Source: a virus
Virus genome (UHGV): UHGV-0033546
DNA length: 64,000 bases
Reading direction: 5' to 3' (one strand)
Position numbers and translations under genes: made by a program. The stretch's first letter is position 1. Each line of letters begins with the position of its first letter. Positions 1 through 11,200 of the stretch are shown here, piece after piece. The notes under the pieces are model-generated. The model made no database searches. It was given only the letters and a program-made list of their open reading frames with translations, and was not told the origin of the DNA.

Positions 1-234
1 CTGCTTCAATAACATCCAAGTCATCATCAATTTGAATTATTTTAACGCTCGGTTTTTGAAGCATTACCGCATTCAAAAATCTTTTTTGTTTACATGAGCT
101 CCAATATTCCTTTCCGGAAGAGTCATATATTATTCCGTTCTCAAATGAGCAATTTAATTTACTACCGATATAGTAGTATGGCGGAGTCTTATTTTTGACA
201 CGGTCTTCAAATGTAAACCAATATACTATATTCA
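1..234 (-). CDS. Freestanding GIY-YIG-like homing endonuclease (seg-like), N-terminal part; ORF runs off the window start
   Basis: ATG at 234-232 on minus strand, open to position 1; N-terminus MNIVYWFTFEDRVKNKTPPYYYIGS resembles a degenerate GIY..YIG motif and is paralogous to the ORF at 51229-52116; sits where T4 has segG between 32 and 59 (from memory). Confidence 0.5.
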
Positions 235-236
235 TA

Positions 237-890
237 TTAATACTTGCAAGATTTCACAGTTTCAATGAAAACATTTTTAGCTTTCTGTGAATCAATATTT
301 AAAATTTTTCTATAAGCCTTTAACTTTATAGAATAATTATTCCAGACTAAATTATCAGTCTGTTCATCATGTTTATCAATTATATTTAAAAACGAATCAA
401 GCAAGATAAACGTCTCAAACGAAATTATGTTCGATTGAAGTAGTTTAAAAATATAACTTGACTGAACCTTTGGATTATATTCAAAAATTTCTTTAAAAGC
501 AGAAACTTCAACTTTTTTACTAAAATAATAAATGTTGCGAATATCTTCTTCAAACTTAAATTTAATTTGCTTTAAGCGTCCGATATATTCACGATAAAAC
601 ACAAGTGCATCAGCGTCAGAGATGTCACCAATCCAAGCATCTTGGTTAGCAACCAAATTGCTTATAAAGATTAAAGCAAGTTCCTTTAATTTATATTTTT
701 CTGATAACTTCTGAAAAAAATACTTATCCCTTCGCTTTTGATAAGCGGCATCAGACACCCGCATGCACCAATTATACTTAATTACATCATACTTTCCATT
801 CATATGTTGTTTTATCATTAAGTATAATTTATAAACTGATTTACCATCAATGTATCTTTCACCACCAGCAGGCATGCGGAGTTTAATCAT
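237..890 (-). CDS. 59: Helicase loader gp59
   Basis: 217-aa ORF; length, sequence and position next to 33/dsbA/rnh match T4 gp59 from memory. Confidence 0.9.
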   Translation of the reverse strand: MIKLRMPAGGERYIDGKSVYKLYLMIKQHMNGKYDVIKYNWCMRVSDAAYQKRRDKYFFQKLSEKYKLKELALIFISNLVANQDAWIGDISDADALVFYREYIGRLKQIKFKFEEDIRNIYYFSKKVEVSAFKEIFEYNPKVQSSYIFKLLQSNIISFETFILLDSFLNIIDKHDEQTDNLVWNNYSIKLKAYRKILNIDSQKAKNVFIETVKSCKY

Positions 891-1225
891 AATAGAAAAT
901 CTAATGTATTAGTTTTTTCACAACGAACGACAGAAGGACGTAAAAGATTTTCGTCAATAGCTTCTGACTGAATTTTTTCAATTATACCCGAAGGAATAAA
1001 TTTAGCAAATTGAGTTTCAGGAATAGAATTTTCTTCTAAGAATGCTGTTGTAGCTTCAAGATAACTCATTCCAAACTCTTCTACCATTTTTTCAATGATA
1101 AATCCATTTTCTTGACGATCAAGAAGCTTTGCTATTTCATCCTTTTCTTTCTTAATTGAAAGTTCTTTTTCTGAAAGACCGGCCTCATCGACCGGACGAA
1201 TATCATTTAGAGAAAACTGTGTCAT
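887..1225 (-). CDS. 33: Late transcription co-activator gp33
   Basis: ORF track gives 115 aa; start moved to second Met (MTQFSLNDIRPVDE...) giving 112 aa as in T4 gp33; start overlaps dsbA 3' end. Confidence 0.85.
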   Translation of the reverse strand: MTQFSLNDIRPVDEAGLSEKELSIKKEKDEIAKLLDRQENGFIIEKMVEEFGMSYLEATTAFLEENSIPETQFAKFIPSGIIEKIQSEAIDENLLRPSVVRCEKTNTLDFLL

Positions 1226-1472
1226 AAAGTTCAACTACCTCTTCAGTTTCAGCTTCAAACACATCACGGTTATCTTTATGATACAAAGCTAACAGACGAT
1301 TAAACATCTTGCCATCAACACCAAGTTCATCTTTGGCGCGAATTCGAATATCTTTAATCAATTCATTATAACCGGAAATTTTCAGTTTATGATCAGATGC
1401 TTCTTTAATAAATTTAGCCAAATCTTCGCCATGGATAGCTTCATCAAATTCAACCATTTCTTTTTTAGCCAT
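1203..1472 (-). CDS. dsbA: Double-stranded DNA-binding protein DsbA
   Basis: 89-aa ORF between 33 and rnh as in T4. Confidence 0.8.
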   Translation of the reverse strand: MAKKEMVEFDEAIHGEDLAKFIKEASDHKLKISGYNELIKDIRIRAKDELGVDGKMFNRLLALYHKDNRDVFEAETEEVVELYDTVFSK

Positions 1473-1480
1473 TATTCACC

Positions 1481-2398
1481 TCAAAATTCATTAATGCTAT
1501 TAGTTAATTTAGAAAGACCCGCTTTTACAAAATATGAATAAATTTTGCCACGCGGTGGTAATTTATATGAATTATAGTAATTCACAATATTTGAAGCAAT
1601 ATTATCAGGAATATAATCAAAATCAATTAGAACTAGATTTTCTTTATAACGATTATATTCAGATTCTGTGAGAAGCACCTTAGCTTGCTCACGGTCATTA
1701 GCAATAGCTTCAACGATTGAAGTTTTCATTGAAGGGGTTCGTTCACCATCGACTTTGGTAAACCAAAAGTCAGATCGTACTTTAACTGAAGCAACGTTAT
1801 CCTTTTTATCGCCTTTAAGGATTTTAGTCATACAGTCAATTTCGGCAGAACCGCTTTTAATTTTAACCCATTTCTTATGCATCGGTGACCATTGCTTAAC
1901 ATTTGGGTATTTGTGAAGTTGAGTAAAGTCACCATCCGACGAAATGATTAAAATCTTATGTCCTTCTAAAGAGAACTTTTTAACAAGAACAGCAATATGG
2001 TCATCTGCTTCATACTTATCGATATCCATAACAATGTATGGCATATAAGCTTTCAATTCATCTATAACTTTATGGCTGGATTCAAAATAACCTTCCCAGT
2101 CCCAAGTAGATTCTTCTCGTGCTTTTCCGCGGTTTTTCTTGTAATAATATGCGAAATCACGGCGCCAATATCCAGATTTCGCATTATCAATACACAGCAC
2201 GATTTTAGTGTATCCAAGCGTTTTTGCTTTTTTGACATTAAACTTAATTGAGTTCAATATCAAATGACGAACCATTGATAAATTAATTTTTTCTTTATCT
2301 GGGAAGTTTACCAAAGCAGTTGAAAGTGCAATTTGACTAAAGTCAATAAAGCAAATTCCTTCTTTGTAATCTTCATCCAGCATCATTTCTAAATCCAT
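1481..2398 (-). CDS. rnh: RNase H (5'-3' exonuclease, FEN family)
   Basis: ORF 1481-2413; start moved to internal Met (MDLEMMLDEDYKEG...) giving 305 aa as in T4 RNase H. Confidence 0.9.
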   Translation of the reverse strand: MDLEMMLDEDYKEGICFIDFSQIALSTALVNFPDKEKINLSMVRHLILNSIKFNVKKAKTLGYTKIVLCIDNAKSGYWRRDFAYYYKKNRGKAREESTWDWEGYFESSHKVIDELKAYMPYIVMDIDKYEADDHIAVLVKKFSLEGHKILIISSDGDFTQLHKYPNVKQWSPMHKKWVKIKSGSAEIDCMTKILKGDKKDNVASVKVRSDFWFTKVDGERTPSMKTSIVEAIANDREQAKVLLTESEYNRYKENLVLIDFDYIPDNIASNIVNYYNSYKLPPRGKIYSYFVKAGLSKLTNSINEF

Positions 2399-2427
2399 AT
2401 GAACCTCGTTCAATTAGTGAGATTTCT

Positions 2428-2457
2428 ATTATATACCATCCGAATCTTAAAGTAAAC
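2428..2457 (-). promoter_or_regulatory. T4-type early (sigma70) promoter upstream of rnh
   Basis: minus strand reads GTTTAC-N18-TATAAT; same architecture as 12 other sites in the window. Confidence 0.55.
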
Positions 2458-2460
2458 AAG

Positions 2461-2468
2461 TATAAATA
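2461..2468 (+). promoter_or_regulatory. T4 late promoter for gene 34
   Basis: exact TATAAATA about 35 nt upstream of the gene 34 ATG. Confidence 0.7.
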
Positions 2469-2502
2469 CTTATTATTGAAAACACAATAGGAGCCCGGGA
2501 GA

Positions 2503-5500
2503 ATGGCCGAGATTAAAAGAAAGTTCAGAGCGGAAGACGGTCTGGACGCAGGTGGCGATAAAATAATCAACGTAGCTTTAGCTGATCGTACCGTAGGAAC
2601 TGACGGTGTTAACGTTGATTACTTAATTCAAGAAAACACAGTTCAACAATATGATCCAACTCGTGGATATTTAAAAGATTTTGTAATCATTTATGATAAC
2701 CGCTTTTGGGCTGCTATAAATGATATTCCAAAACCGGCAGGAGCTTTTAATAGCGTACGATGGAGAGCGTTACGTACTGATGCAAACTGGACAACTGTTT
2801 CATCAGGACCGTATCAATTAAAATCAGGCGAATCAATTTCGGTTAACACTGCAGCTGGTAATGACATTACATTTACTTTGCCATCTTCTCCAATTGATGG
2901 TGATACTATAGTTCTCCAAGATATTGGAGGAAAACCTGGAGTTAACCAGGTTTTAATTACAGCTCCGGTACAAAGCATTGTAAACTTCAGAGGTCAACAA
3001 GTACGCTCAGTACTAATGACTCATCCAAAATCACAGATAGTTTTAATTTTTAGTAATCGTCTGTGGCAAATGTATGTTGCTGATTATAGCAGAGAAGCGG
3101 CAGTTGTAACGCCAGCGAGTCTTTATCAAGCGCAATCAAACGATTTTATCGTGCGTAGATTTACTTCTGCTTCAGCAATTAATATTAAACTTCCGAGATT
3201 TGCTAATCACGGGGATATCATTAATTTCGTTGATTTGGATAAATTAAATCCTCTTTATCATACAATTGTTACTACATATGATGAAACGACTTCAGTGCAA
3301 GAAGTTGGAACTCATTCCATTGAAGGCCGTACATCTATTGATGGTTTCTTGATGTTTGATGATAATGAGAAACTGTGGAGATTGTTTGACGGGGATAGTA
3401 AAGCCCGTTTACGTATCATAACGACTAATTCAAACATTCGTCCAAATGAAGAAGTTATGGTATTTGGTGCGAATAATGGAACAACTCAAACGATTGAACT
3501 TCAGCTTCCGACCGATATTTCCATTGGTGATACTGTTAAAATTTCCATGAATTATATGAGAAAAGGACAAACAGTTAAAATCAAAGCTGCTGGTGAAGAT
3601 AAAATTGCTTCTTCAGTTCAATTGCTGCAATTCCCAAAACGTTCAGAATATCCGCCTGAAACTAAATGGGTGACTGTTCAAGAATTAGTTTTTAATGGCG
3701 AAACCAATTATGTTCCAGTTTTACAGCTTGCTTATATCGAAGATTCCGATGGAAAATATTGGGTTGTACAGCAAAACGTTCCAACTGTAGAAAGAGTAGA
3801 CTCTTTAAATAATTCTACCAGAGCAAGATTAGGCGTAATTGCTTTAGCTACACAGGCTCAAGCTAATGCAGATTTAGAAAATTCTCCACAAAAAGAATTA
3901 GCAATTACTCCAGAAACGTTAGCTAATCGTACTGCTACAGAAACTCGCAGAGGTATTGCAAGAATAGCAACAACTGCACAAGTTAACCAGGATACTACAT
4001 TCTCTTTTGCAGATGACCTTATCATCACTCCTAAAAAGCTGAATGAAAGAACTGCTACAGAAACTCGCAGGGGTGTCGCTGAAATTGCTACGCAGCAGGA
4101 AACTAACACAGGTACTGATGATACTACAATCATCACTCCTAAAAAGCTTCAAGCTCGTCAAGGTTCTGAGTCATTATCTGGTATTGTAACTTTTGTATCT
4201 ACTGCAGGTGCTACTCCAGCTTCTAGTCGTGAATTAAATGGTACAAATGTTTATAATAAAAATACTAATAATTTAGTAGTTTCACCTAAAGCCTTGGACC
4301 AGTATAAAGCTACTCCAACACAACAAGGTGCGGTAATTTTAGCAGTTGAAAGTGAAGTAATTGCTGGACAAAGCCAAGAAGGATGGGCAAATGCGGTTGT
4401 AACGCCAGAAACGTTACATAAAAAGACATCAACTGATGGAAGAATTGGTTTAATTGAAATTGCTACGCAAAGTGAAGTTAATACAGGAACTGATTATACT
4501 CGTGCAGTCACTCCTAAAACTTTAAATGACCGTAAAGCAACTGAAAGTTTAAGTGGTATAGCTGAAATTGCTACACAAGTTGAATTCGACGCAGGCGTCG
4601 ACGATACTCGTATCTCTACACCATTAAAAATTAAAACTAGATTTAATAGTACTGATCGTACTTCTGTTGTTGCTCTATCTGGATTAGTTGAATCAGGAAC
4701 TCTCTGGGACCATTATACCCTTAATATTCTTGAAGCAAATGAGACACAACGTGGTACACTTCGTGTGGCTACACAAGTTGAAGCTACTGCAGGAACATTA
4801 GATAATGTTTTAATAACTCCTAAAAAGCTTTTAGGTACTAAATCTACCGAATCGCAGGAAGGTGTTATTAAAGTTGCAACTCAGTCTGAAACTGTGACTG
4901 GAACGTCAGCAAATACTGCTGTATCTCCAAAAAATTTAAAATGGATTGTGCAGAGTGAACCTACTTGGGCAGCTACTACCCTGGTAAGAGGTTTTGTTAA
5001 AACTTCATCTGGTTCAATTACATTCGTTGGTAATGATACAGTTGGGTCAACGCAGTCATTAGAATTATACGAAAAAAATAGCTATGCAGTATCGCCATAT
5101 GAATTAAACCGTGTATTAGCAAATTATTTGCCGTTAAAAGCAAAAGCTGCAGATAGTAATTTATTAGATGGTCTAGATTCATCTCAGTTCATTCGTAGGG
5201 ATATTGCGCAGACGGTTAATGGTTCACTAACCTTAACCCAACAAACGAATCTGAGTGCCCCTCTTGTATCATCTAGTACTGCTACGTTTGGTGGGTCAGT
5301 TTCAGCAAATAGTACATTAACTATTTCTAATACTGGAACAGCAACTCGATTGATTTTTGAGAAAGGACCTCAAACTGGAACAAACCCAGCCCAAACGATG
5401 ACTGTCAGAGTGTGGGGAAATCAATTTAGTGGGGAATCAGACACGACACGTTCTACTGTATTTGAAGTTAGTGATGAAACATCTAGTCATTTTTATTCTC

Positions 5501-6372
5501 AGCGCAATAAAGCCGGAAATATAACATTTAATATCAACGGTACAGTAACTCCGATAAATGTTAATGCTTCAGGAACATTGAATGCAAATGGTGTAGCAAC
5601 ATTTGGTAATTCAGTTACTGCAACTGGTGAAATTATTTCTCGAAGCGCAAATGCTTTCCGTGCTATTAACGGAAATTATGGTTTCATTGTTCGCAATGAC
5701 GGATCAGTAACGAATTTTATGCTTACTGCATCAGGTGATCAGACTGGTGGATTTAATGGATTACGCCCATTAGCTATTAATAATGCATCTGGTCAAGTAA
5801 CGATTGGTGAAAGCTTAATAATCGCCAAAGGTGCTACTATAAATTCAGGTGGTTTGACTGTTAACTCGAGAATTCGTTCTCAGGGCACTAAAACATCTGA
5901 CTTATATACCCGTGCGCCAACATCTGATACTGTAGGATTCTGGTCAATCGATATTAACGATTCAGCCACTTATAACCAATTCCCAGGTTATTTTAAAATG
6001 GTTGAAAAAACTAATGAAGTGACTGGACTTCCATATTTAGAACGTGGCGAAGAAGTTAAATCTCCTGGTACACTGACTCAGTTTGGTAACACACTTGATT
6101 CGCTTTACCAAGATTGGATTACTTATCCAACAACTCCAGAAGCGCGTACCACTCGCTGGACGCGTACATGGCAGAAAACCAAAAACTCTTGGTCAAGTTT
6201 TGTTCAGGTATTTGATGGAGGTAACCCTCCTCAACCGTCTGATATCGGTGCTTTACCATCTGATAATGCTACAATGGGTAATCTTACCATTCGTGATTTC
6301 TTACGAATTGGTAATGTTCGCATTATTCCTGACCCAGTGAATAAAACTGTTAAATTTGAATGGGTTGAATAA
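2503..6372 (+). CDS. 34: Long tail fibre proximal subunit gp34
   Basis: 1289-aa ORF, same length as T4 gp34; first gene of the 34-38 operon; GGAG RBS. Confidence 0.95.
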   Translation: MAEIKRKFRAEDGLDAGGDKIINVALADRTVGTDGVNVDYLIQENTVQQYDPTRGYLKDFVIIYDNRFWAAINDIPKPAGAFNSVRWRALRTDANWTTVSSGPYQLKSGESISVNTAAGNDITFTLPSSPIDGDTIVLQDIGGKPGVNQVLITAPVQSIVNFRGQQVRSVLMTHPKSQIVLIFSNRLWQMYVADYSREAAVVTPASLYQAQSNDFIVRRFTSASAINIKLPRFANHGDIINFVDLDKLNPLYHTIVTTYDETTSVQEVGTHSIEGRTSIDGFLMFDDNEKLWRLFDGDSKARLRIITTNSNIRPNEEVMVFGANNGTTQTIELQLPTDISIGDTVKISMNYMRKGQTVKIKAAGEDKIASSVQLLQFPKRSEYPPETKWVTVQELVFNGETNYVPVLQLAYIEDSDGKYWVVQQNVPTVERVDSLNNSTRARLGVIALATQAQANADLENSPQKELAITPETLANRTATETRRGIARIATTAQVNQDTTFSFADDLIITPKKLNERTATETRRGVAEIATQQETNTGTDDTTIITPKKLQARQGSESLSGIVTFVSTAGATPASSRELNGTNVYNKNTNNLVVSPKALDQYKATPTQQGAVILAVESEVIAGQSQEGWANAVVTPETLHKKTSTDGRIGLIEIATQSEVNTGTDYTRAVTPKTLNDRKATESLSGIAEIATQVEFDAGVDDTRISTPLKIKTRFNSTDRTSVVALSGLVESGTLWDHYTLNILEANETQRGTLRVATQVEATAGTLDNVLITPKKLLGTKSTESQEGVIKVATQSETVTGTSANTAVSPKNLKWIVQSEPTWAATTLVRGFVKTSSGSITFVGNDTVGSTQSLELYEKNSYAVSPYELNRVLANYLPLKAKAADSNLLDGLDSSQFIRRDIAQTVNGSLTLTQQTNLSAPLVSSSTATFGGSVSANSTLTISNTGTATRLIFEKGPQTGTNPAQTMTVRVWGNQFSGESDTTRSTVFEVSDETSSHFYSQRNKAGNITFNINGTVTPINVNASGTLNANGVATFGNSVTATGEIISRSANAFRAINGNYGFIVRNDGSVTNFMLTASGDQTGGFNGLRPLAINNASGQVTIGESLIIAKGATINSGGLTVNSRIRSQGTKTSDLYTRAPTSDTVGFWSIDINDSATYNQFPGYFKMVEKTNEVTGLPYLERGEEVKSPGTLTQFGNTLDSLYQDWITYPTTPEARTTRWTRTWQKTKNSWSSFVQVFDGGNPPQPSDIGALPSDNATMGNLTIRDFLRIGNVRIIPDPVNKTVKFEWVE
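3891..4944 (+). repeat. Degenerate tandem peptide repeats (about 40 aa, at least 8 copies) inside gene 34
   Basis: recurring pattern ...TPxxL..R.ATE(T/S)xxGxxxIAT(Q)xExxxGTDxT... visible in the gp34 translation. Confidence 0.7.
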
Positions 6373-6380
6373 GAGGTATT

Positions 6381-7496
6381 ATGGAAAAATTTATGGCAAA
6401 GTTTGGACAAGGATATGTCCAAACGCCATTTTTATCGGAAAGCAATTCAGTAAGATATAAAATAAGCATAGCGGGTTCTTGCCCGCTTTCTACTGCAGGA
6501 CCATACGTTAAATTTCAAGATAATCCTGTAGGAAGTCAAACATTTAGTGCAGGTCTTCATTTAAGAGTTTTTGACCCTTCCACGGGAGCATTGGTTGATA
6601 GTAAGTCATATGCTTTTTCTACTTCAAATGATACAACATCTGCTGCTTTCGTTAGTTTCATGAATTCTTTTTTAAACAATAGACTTGTTGCTATATTAAC
6701 TAGCGGAAAGGTTAATTTTCCTCCTGAAGTAGTATCTTGGTTAAGAACAGCAGGAACATCTGCTTTTCCATCTGATTCTATATTGTCAAGATTTGATGTA
6801 TCATATGCTGCTTTTTACACTTCTTCTAAAAGAGCTATTGCATTAGAACATGTTAAACTGGGTAATAGAAAAAGCACAGATGACTATCAAACTATATTAG
6901 ATGTAGTATTTGATAGTTTAGAAGATGTTGGAGCGACAGGATTTCCTAAAAGAACATATGAAAGCGTTGAGCAATTTATGTCAGCTGTTGGTGGAACTAA
7001 TAACGAAATTGCGCGTTTACCAACTTCATCCGCGATAAGTAAACTTTCTGACTACAATTTAATTCCTGGAGATGTGCTTTATCTTAAAGCACAACTATAT
7101 GCTGATGCTGATTTACTTGCTCTTGGAACTACGAATATATCCATTCGATTTTATAATGCATCAAATGGATATATTTCCTCAACACATGCTGAGTTTACTG
7201 GACAAGCTGGGTCTTGGGAATTAAAAGAAGATTATGTAGTTGTTCCTGAAAATGCAGTAGGATTTACGATATACGCACAGAGAACTGCACAAGCGGGTCA
7301 AGGCGGTATGAGAAATTTAAGCTTTTCTGAAGTGTCAAGAAATGGCGGCATTTCAAAACCTGCTGAATTTGGCGTCAATGGTATTCGAGTTAATTATATC
7401 TGCGAATCTGCTTCACCTCCGGATATAATGGTACTTCCTACGCAAGCATCGTCTAAAACTGGTAAAGTGTTTGGACAAGAATTTAGAGAAGTTTAA
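6381..7496 (+). CDS. 35: Long tail fibre hinge connector gp35
   Basis: 371-aa ORF directly after 34 (T4 gp35 372 aa from memory). Confidence 0.9.
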   Translation: MEKFMAKFGQGYVQTPFLSESNSVRYKISIAGSCPLSTAGPYVKFQDNPVGSQTFSAGLHLRVFDPSTGALVDSKSYAFSTSNDTTSAAFVSFMNSFLNNRLVAILTSGKVNFPPEVVSWLRTAGTSAFPSDSILSRFDVSYAAFYTSSKRAIALEHVKLGNRKSTDDYQTILDVVFDSLEDVGATGFPKRTYESVEQFMSAVGGTNNEIARLPTSSAISKLSDYNLIPGDVLYLKAQLYADADLLALGTTNISIRFYNASNGYISSTHAEFTGQAGSWELKEDYVVVPENAVGFTIYAQRTAQAGQGGMRNLSFSEVSRNGGISKPAEFGVNGIRVNYICESASPPDIMVLPTQASSKTGKVFGQEFREV

Positions 7497-7501
7497 ATTG
7501 A

Positions 7502-7528
7502 GGGAGCCTTCGGGTTCCCTTTTTCTTT
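7502..7528 (+). terminator. UUCG-tetraloop hairpin plus T-run after gene 35
   Basis: GGGAGCC-TTCG-GGTTCCC followed by TTTTTCTTT. Confidence 0.6.
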
Positions 7529-7535
7529 ATAAATA
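7528..7535 (+). promoter_or_regulatory. T4 late promoter for gene 36
   Basis: exact TATAAATA 24 nt upstream of the gene 36 ATG. Confidence 0.7.
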
Positions 7536-7558
7536 CTATTAAAATAAAGGGGCATACA

Positions 7559-8215
7559 ATGGCTGATTTAAAAGTAGGTTCAACAACTGGAGGCTCTGTC
7601 ATTTGGCATCAAGGAAATTTTCCATTGAATCCAGCCGGTGACGATGTACTCTATAAATCATTTAAAATATATTCAGAATACAATAAACCACAAGCTGCTG
7701 ATAATGATTTCGTTTCTAAAGCTAATGGTGGTACTTATTTAAATAAAGTAATTTTTAATAAAGGAATGACTGTTCCTGGTGCTGGGTCAGGTGACAACGG
7801 TATTTTTGCCGGTCCTGGTGATAATGCCACGTATGATACTACAAATATGGATATTGTTTCATGGTATGGTATCGGCTTTAAATCATCACAAGGAACAGCA
7901 GGTAGAACTGTAGTAATTAACACACGAAACGGAGATATTAGCTCAAAGGGTGTAATTGAAGCATCACAAATACGCGCAACTTCATTATCCCCAGTAAATA
8001 ATTATGACCTTACGAGAAAAGATTATGTTGATGGAGCAATAAATATTGTTACAACAAACGCAAACTCTAGGGTGTTACGCTCTGGAGACACTATGACAGG
8101 AAATTTAACTGCGCCAAACCTTTTTTCACAGAATCCTGCATCTCAACCCTCACATGTTCCGCGATTTGACCAAATCGTAATTAAGGATTCTGTTCAAGAT
8201 TTCGGCTATTATTAA
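7559..8215 (+). CDS. 36: Long tail fibre distal connector gp36
   Basis: 218-aa ORF between 35 and 37 (T4 gp36 221 aa from memory). Confidence 0.9.
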   Translation: MADLKVGSTTGGSVIWHQGNFPLNPAGDDVLYKSFKIYSEYNKPQAADNDFVSKANGGTYLNKVIFNKGMTVPGAGSGDNGIFAGPGDNATYDTTNMDIVSWYGIGFKSSQGTAGRTVVINTRNGDISSKGVIEASQIRATSLSPVNNYDLTRKDYVDGAINIVTTNANSRVLRSGDTMTGNLTAPNLFSQNPASQPSHVPRFDQIVIKDSVQDFGYY

Positions 8216-8223
8216 GAGGACTT

Positions 8224-11200
8224 ATGGCTACTTTAAAACAAATACAATTTAAAAGAAGCAAAACGGCAGGTCAACGTCCAGCTGCTTCAGTATTAGCCGA
8301 AGGTGAATTGGCTATAAACTTAAAAGACCGTGTACTTTTTACTAAAGATGACCAAGGAAATATTATTGATTTAGGTTTTGCTAAAGGCGGTAGTATTGAC
8401 GGGAATGTTATTCATAAAGGCAATTATAACCAAACTGGCGATTATACTTTAAACGGTACATTCACCCAGACTGGTAATTTTAATTTAACCGGTATTGCTC
8501 GAGTAACTCGTGATATTATTGCTGCTGGCCAGATTATGACTGAAGGCGGAGAACTTATTACAAAAAGTTCAGGTACATCACATGTTCGTTTTTTCGATGG
8601 CAATAGCCGCGAACGCGGAATCATTTTTTCTCCTGCTAATGATGGATTAACTACACAAGTAATTAACATCAGAGTTCAAGATTACAAAGCCGGTTCGGAA
8701 AATACTTTTTCTTTTAGCGGTAATGGTCTTTTCACATCGCCGGAAGTTTCTGCATGGAAATCTATGTCAACTCCCCAGATTTTGACTAACAAAGTCATTA
8801 CTAATAATAAATCTACGAGTGATTATGACATTTATTCGATGGCAGACAATGTTCCACTGTCTGAAAGCACTACTGCTATTAATCATCTACGCGTCATGCG
8901 CAATGCAGTCGGTTCTGGTATTTTCCATGAAGTTAAAGATAATGATGGAATAACTTGGTATAGTGGAGATGGATTAGATGCTTATCTTTGGTCATTTACC
9001 TGGAGCGGCGGAATTAAATCAAGCCACTCAATTTCTATCGGTTTAACACCCGGTAATAAAGATTATTCAATATTAGGACCATCTAGCATTGCTTTAGGAG
9101 ATAATGATACTGGATTTAAATGGCATCAAGACGGATATTATTTCAGCGTTAATAATGGAACAAAAACGTTTTTATTTAGCCCTAGCGAAACAACTAGCCT
9201 AAGAAAATTTGTAGCTGGATATTCTACTAATGGAACCGATTTAACTACTCCTCCGACTGAAAACTATGCTCTTGCTACTGTCGTGACATATCACGACAAT
9301 AACGCGTTTGGAGATGGTCAGACTCTTTTGGGGTATTATCAAGGCGGTAGATATCACCATTATTTTCGTGGAAGAGGAACAACTAATATTAATACCGCTG
9401 GAGGATTATTAGTTACTCCTGGTAATATTGATGTTATTGGCGGTTCTGTTAATATCGATGGTAGAAATAATGCTTCTACATTGCTATTGAAAGGTAACAC
9501 AACTGGTAGTAGTTCTGTGGATAACATGACAATTTCTGTGTGGGGTAATACATTTACTAATCCTAGCGAAGGTAATCGCAAAAATGTCATGGAAATTTCC
9601 GATGCAACTAGCTGGATGAGCTATATTCAAAGACTTACTACTGGTGAAGTAGAAATGAATGTTAACGGTTCATTTGAATCATCTGGTGTTACTGCTGGAA
9701 ATAGAGGAGTTCACACAACAGGTGAAATTTCATCTAGTGCCGTGAATGCACTCCGTATTTGGAATGCAGATTATGGGGCCATTTTTAGACGTTCAGAAGG
9801 TAATCTTCATATTATTCCAACTGCTTATGGTGAAGGCAAAAATGGTGATATTGGTCCACTTCGTCCATTTAGTATTGCTTTGGATACTGGTAAGGTTGTT
9901 ATTCCTGACTTGGATTTAAGTTATGCTTCTTTTGCCGCAAACGGTTATATTAAATTTGGCGGTCATGGCGCAGGTGCCGGCGGTTATGATATTCAGTATG
10001 TTCAAGCGGCTCCTATTTTCCAGGAAATCGATGATGATGCTATAAGCAAATATTATCCTATTGTTAAACAGAAGTTTTTAAATGGTAAAGCCGTTTGGTC
10101 TTTAGGTACTGAAATTAATTCTGGTACATTTGTTTTACATCATTTGAAAGAAGATGGTTCACAAGGCCATACATCAAGATTTAATGCTGACGGTACAGTC
10201 AATTTCCCCGATAACGTTCAAGTCGGTGGTGGTGAAGCTACTATTGCTCGTAATGGTAATATTTTCTCAGATATTTGGAAATCGTTTACTTCAGCAGGAG
10301 ACACTACAAATATTCGCGATGCGATAGCTACTCGTGTTGCCAAAGAAGGCGATACGATGACTGGCAAATTAATCGTTAAAAGAGGCTCTGACGCTATTAA
10401 CATTGCTGCCGATGAAAATGATTCTGGCTATTTACTTGGAACATCGGGTGGAGCGAATTCATGGTACATCGGTAAAGGAGGAGCAGATGACACTGCTTCA
10501 TTTTATAATTTCAAAACTACCGCAGGAATTACTCTTAATAGTGTAGGTGATATTGATTTTAATGTTAAAAATCAATCTACTGCCGCTTCATTAAATTTTT
10601 ATCGTTTATATTTAAATGGAAGACAGTGGACAGCTACACAAGGTCACGGCTATAATAATCAATGGCAAACAGAAGCCCCATTCTTCGTTGACTTTGGCGA
10701 ATCTGTTCCGAAAGATAGTTATATGCCTATAATTAAAGGAAGAAGCCAAATCATTAACGAAGGATATGCCACAAAGGCAGATTTTGGTATTATTCGATTG
10801 GGTGGAAATGCTACTTGGGGAAATGCAGTAATTCGTGTTGGTTCTGCGGAAAGCGGAGATAGCAGTCATCCTAATGCAATATTTGTGTTTCAGGCTAATG
10901 GCGATTTTAAAGCTCCGGCTGGCCTTCGTGCTGGTGTTAACTTGGGTGTCGGCACAATTCCAATATGGGGCGGAGCATCTATCGCCATCGGTGATGATGA
11001 TACCGGTTTAGTTCATGGCGGCGATGGTCGAATTAATATGTATGCTAACGCGCAGCATATTGCATCATGGGGCGCGGGCTATCAATCTCATCCGGGCCTT
11101 TGGGATTCAAATGGGGCTCTTTGGACAGAAGTTGGCAAAGCAATTATTTCTCATGGCCATTTAGTTCAGGCGAATGACAGTTATTCCACATATGTCCGTG

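Noticed and set aside
1668-2251. Plus-strand ORFs of 82 and 84 aa inside rnh
   Set aside because: Antisense to RNase H; no start context.
3858-4161. Two minus-strand ORFs (92 and 80 aa) inside gene 34
   Set aside because: Antisense to a well-supported 1289-aa gene, within its repeat region; Ser/Cys/Val-rich low-complexity products.
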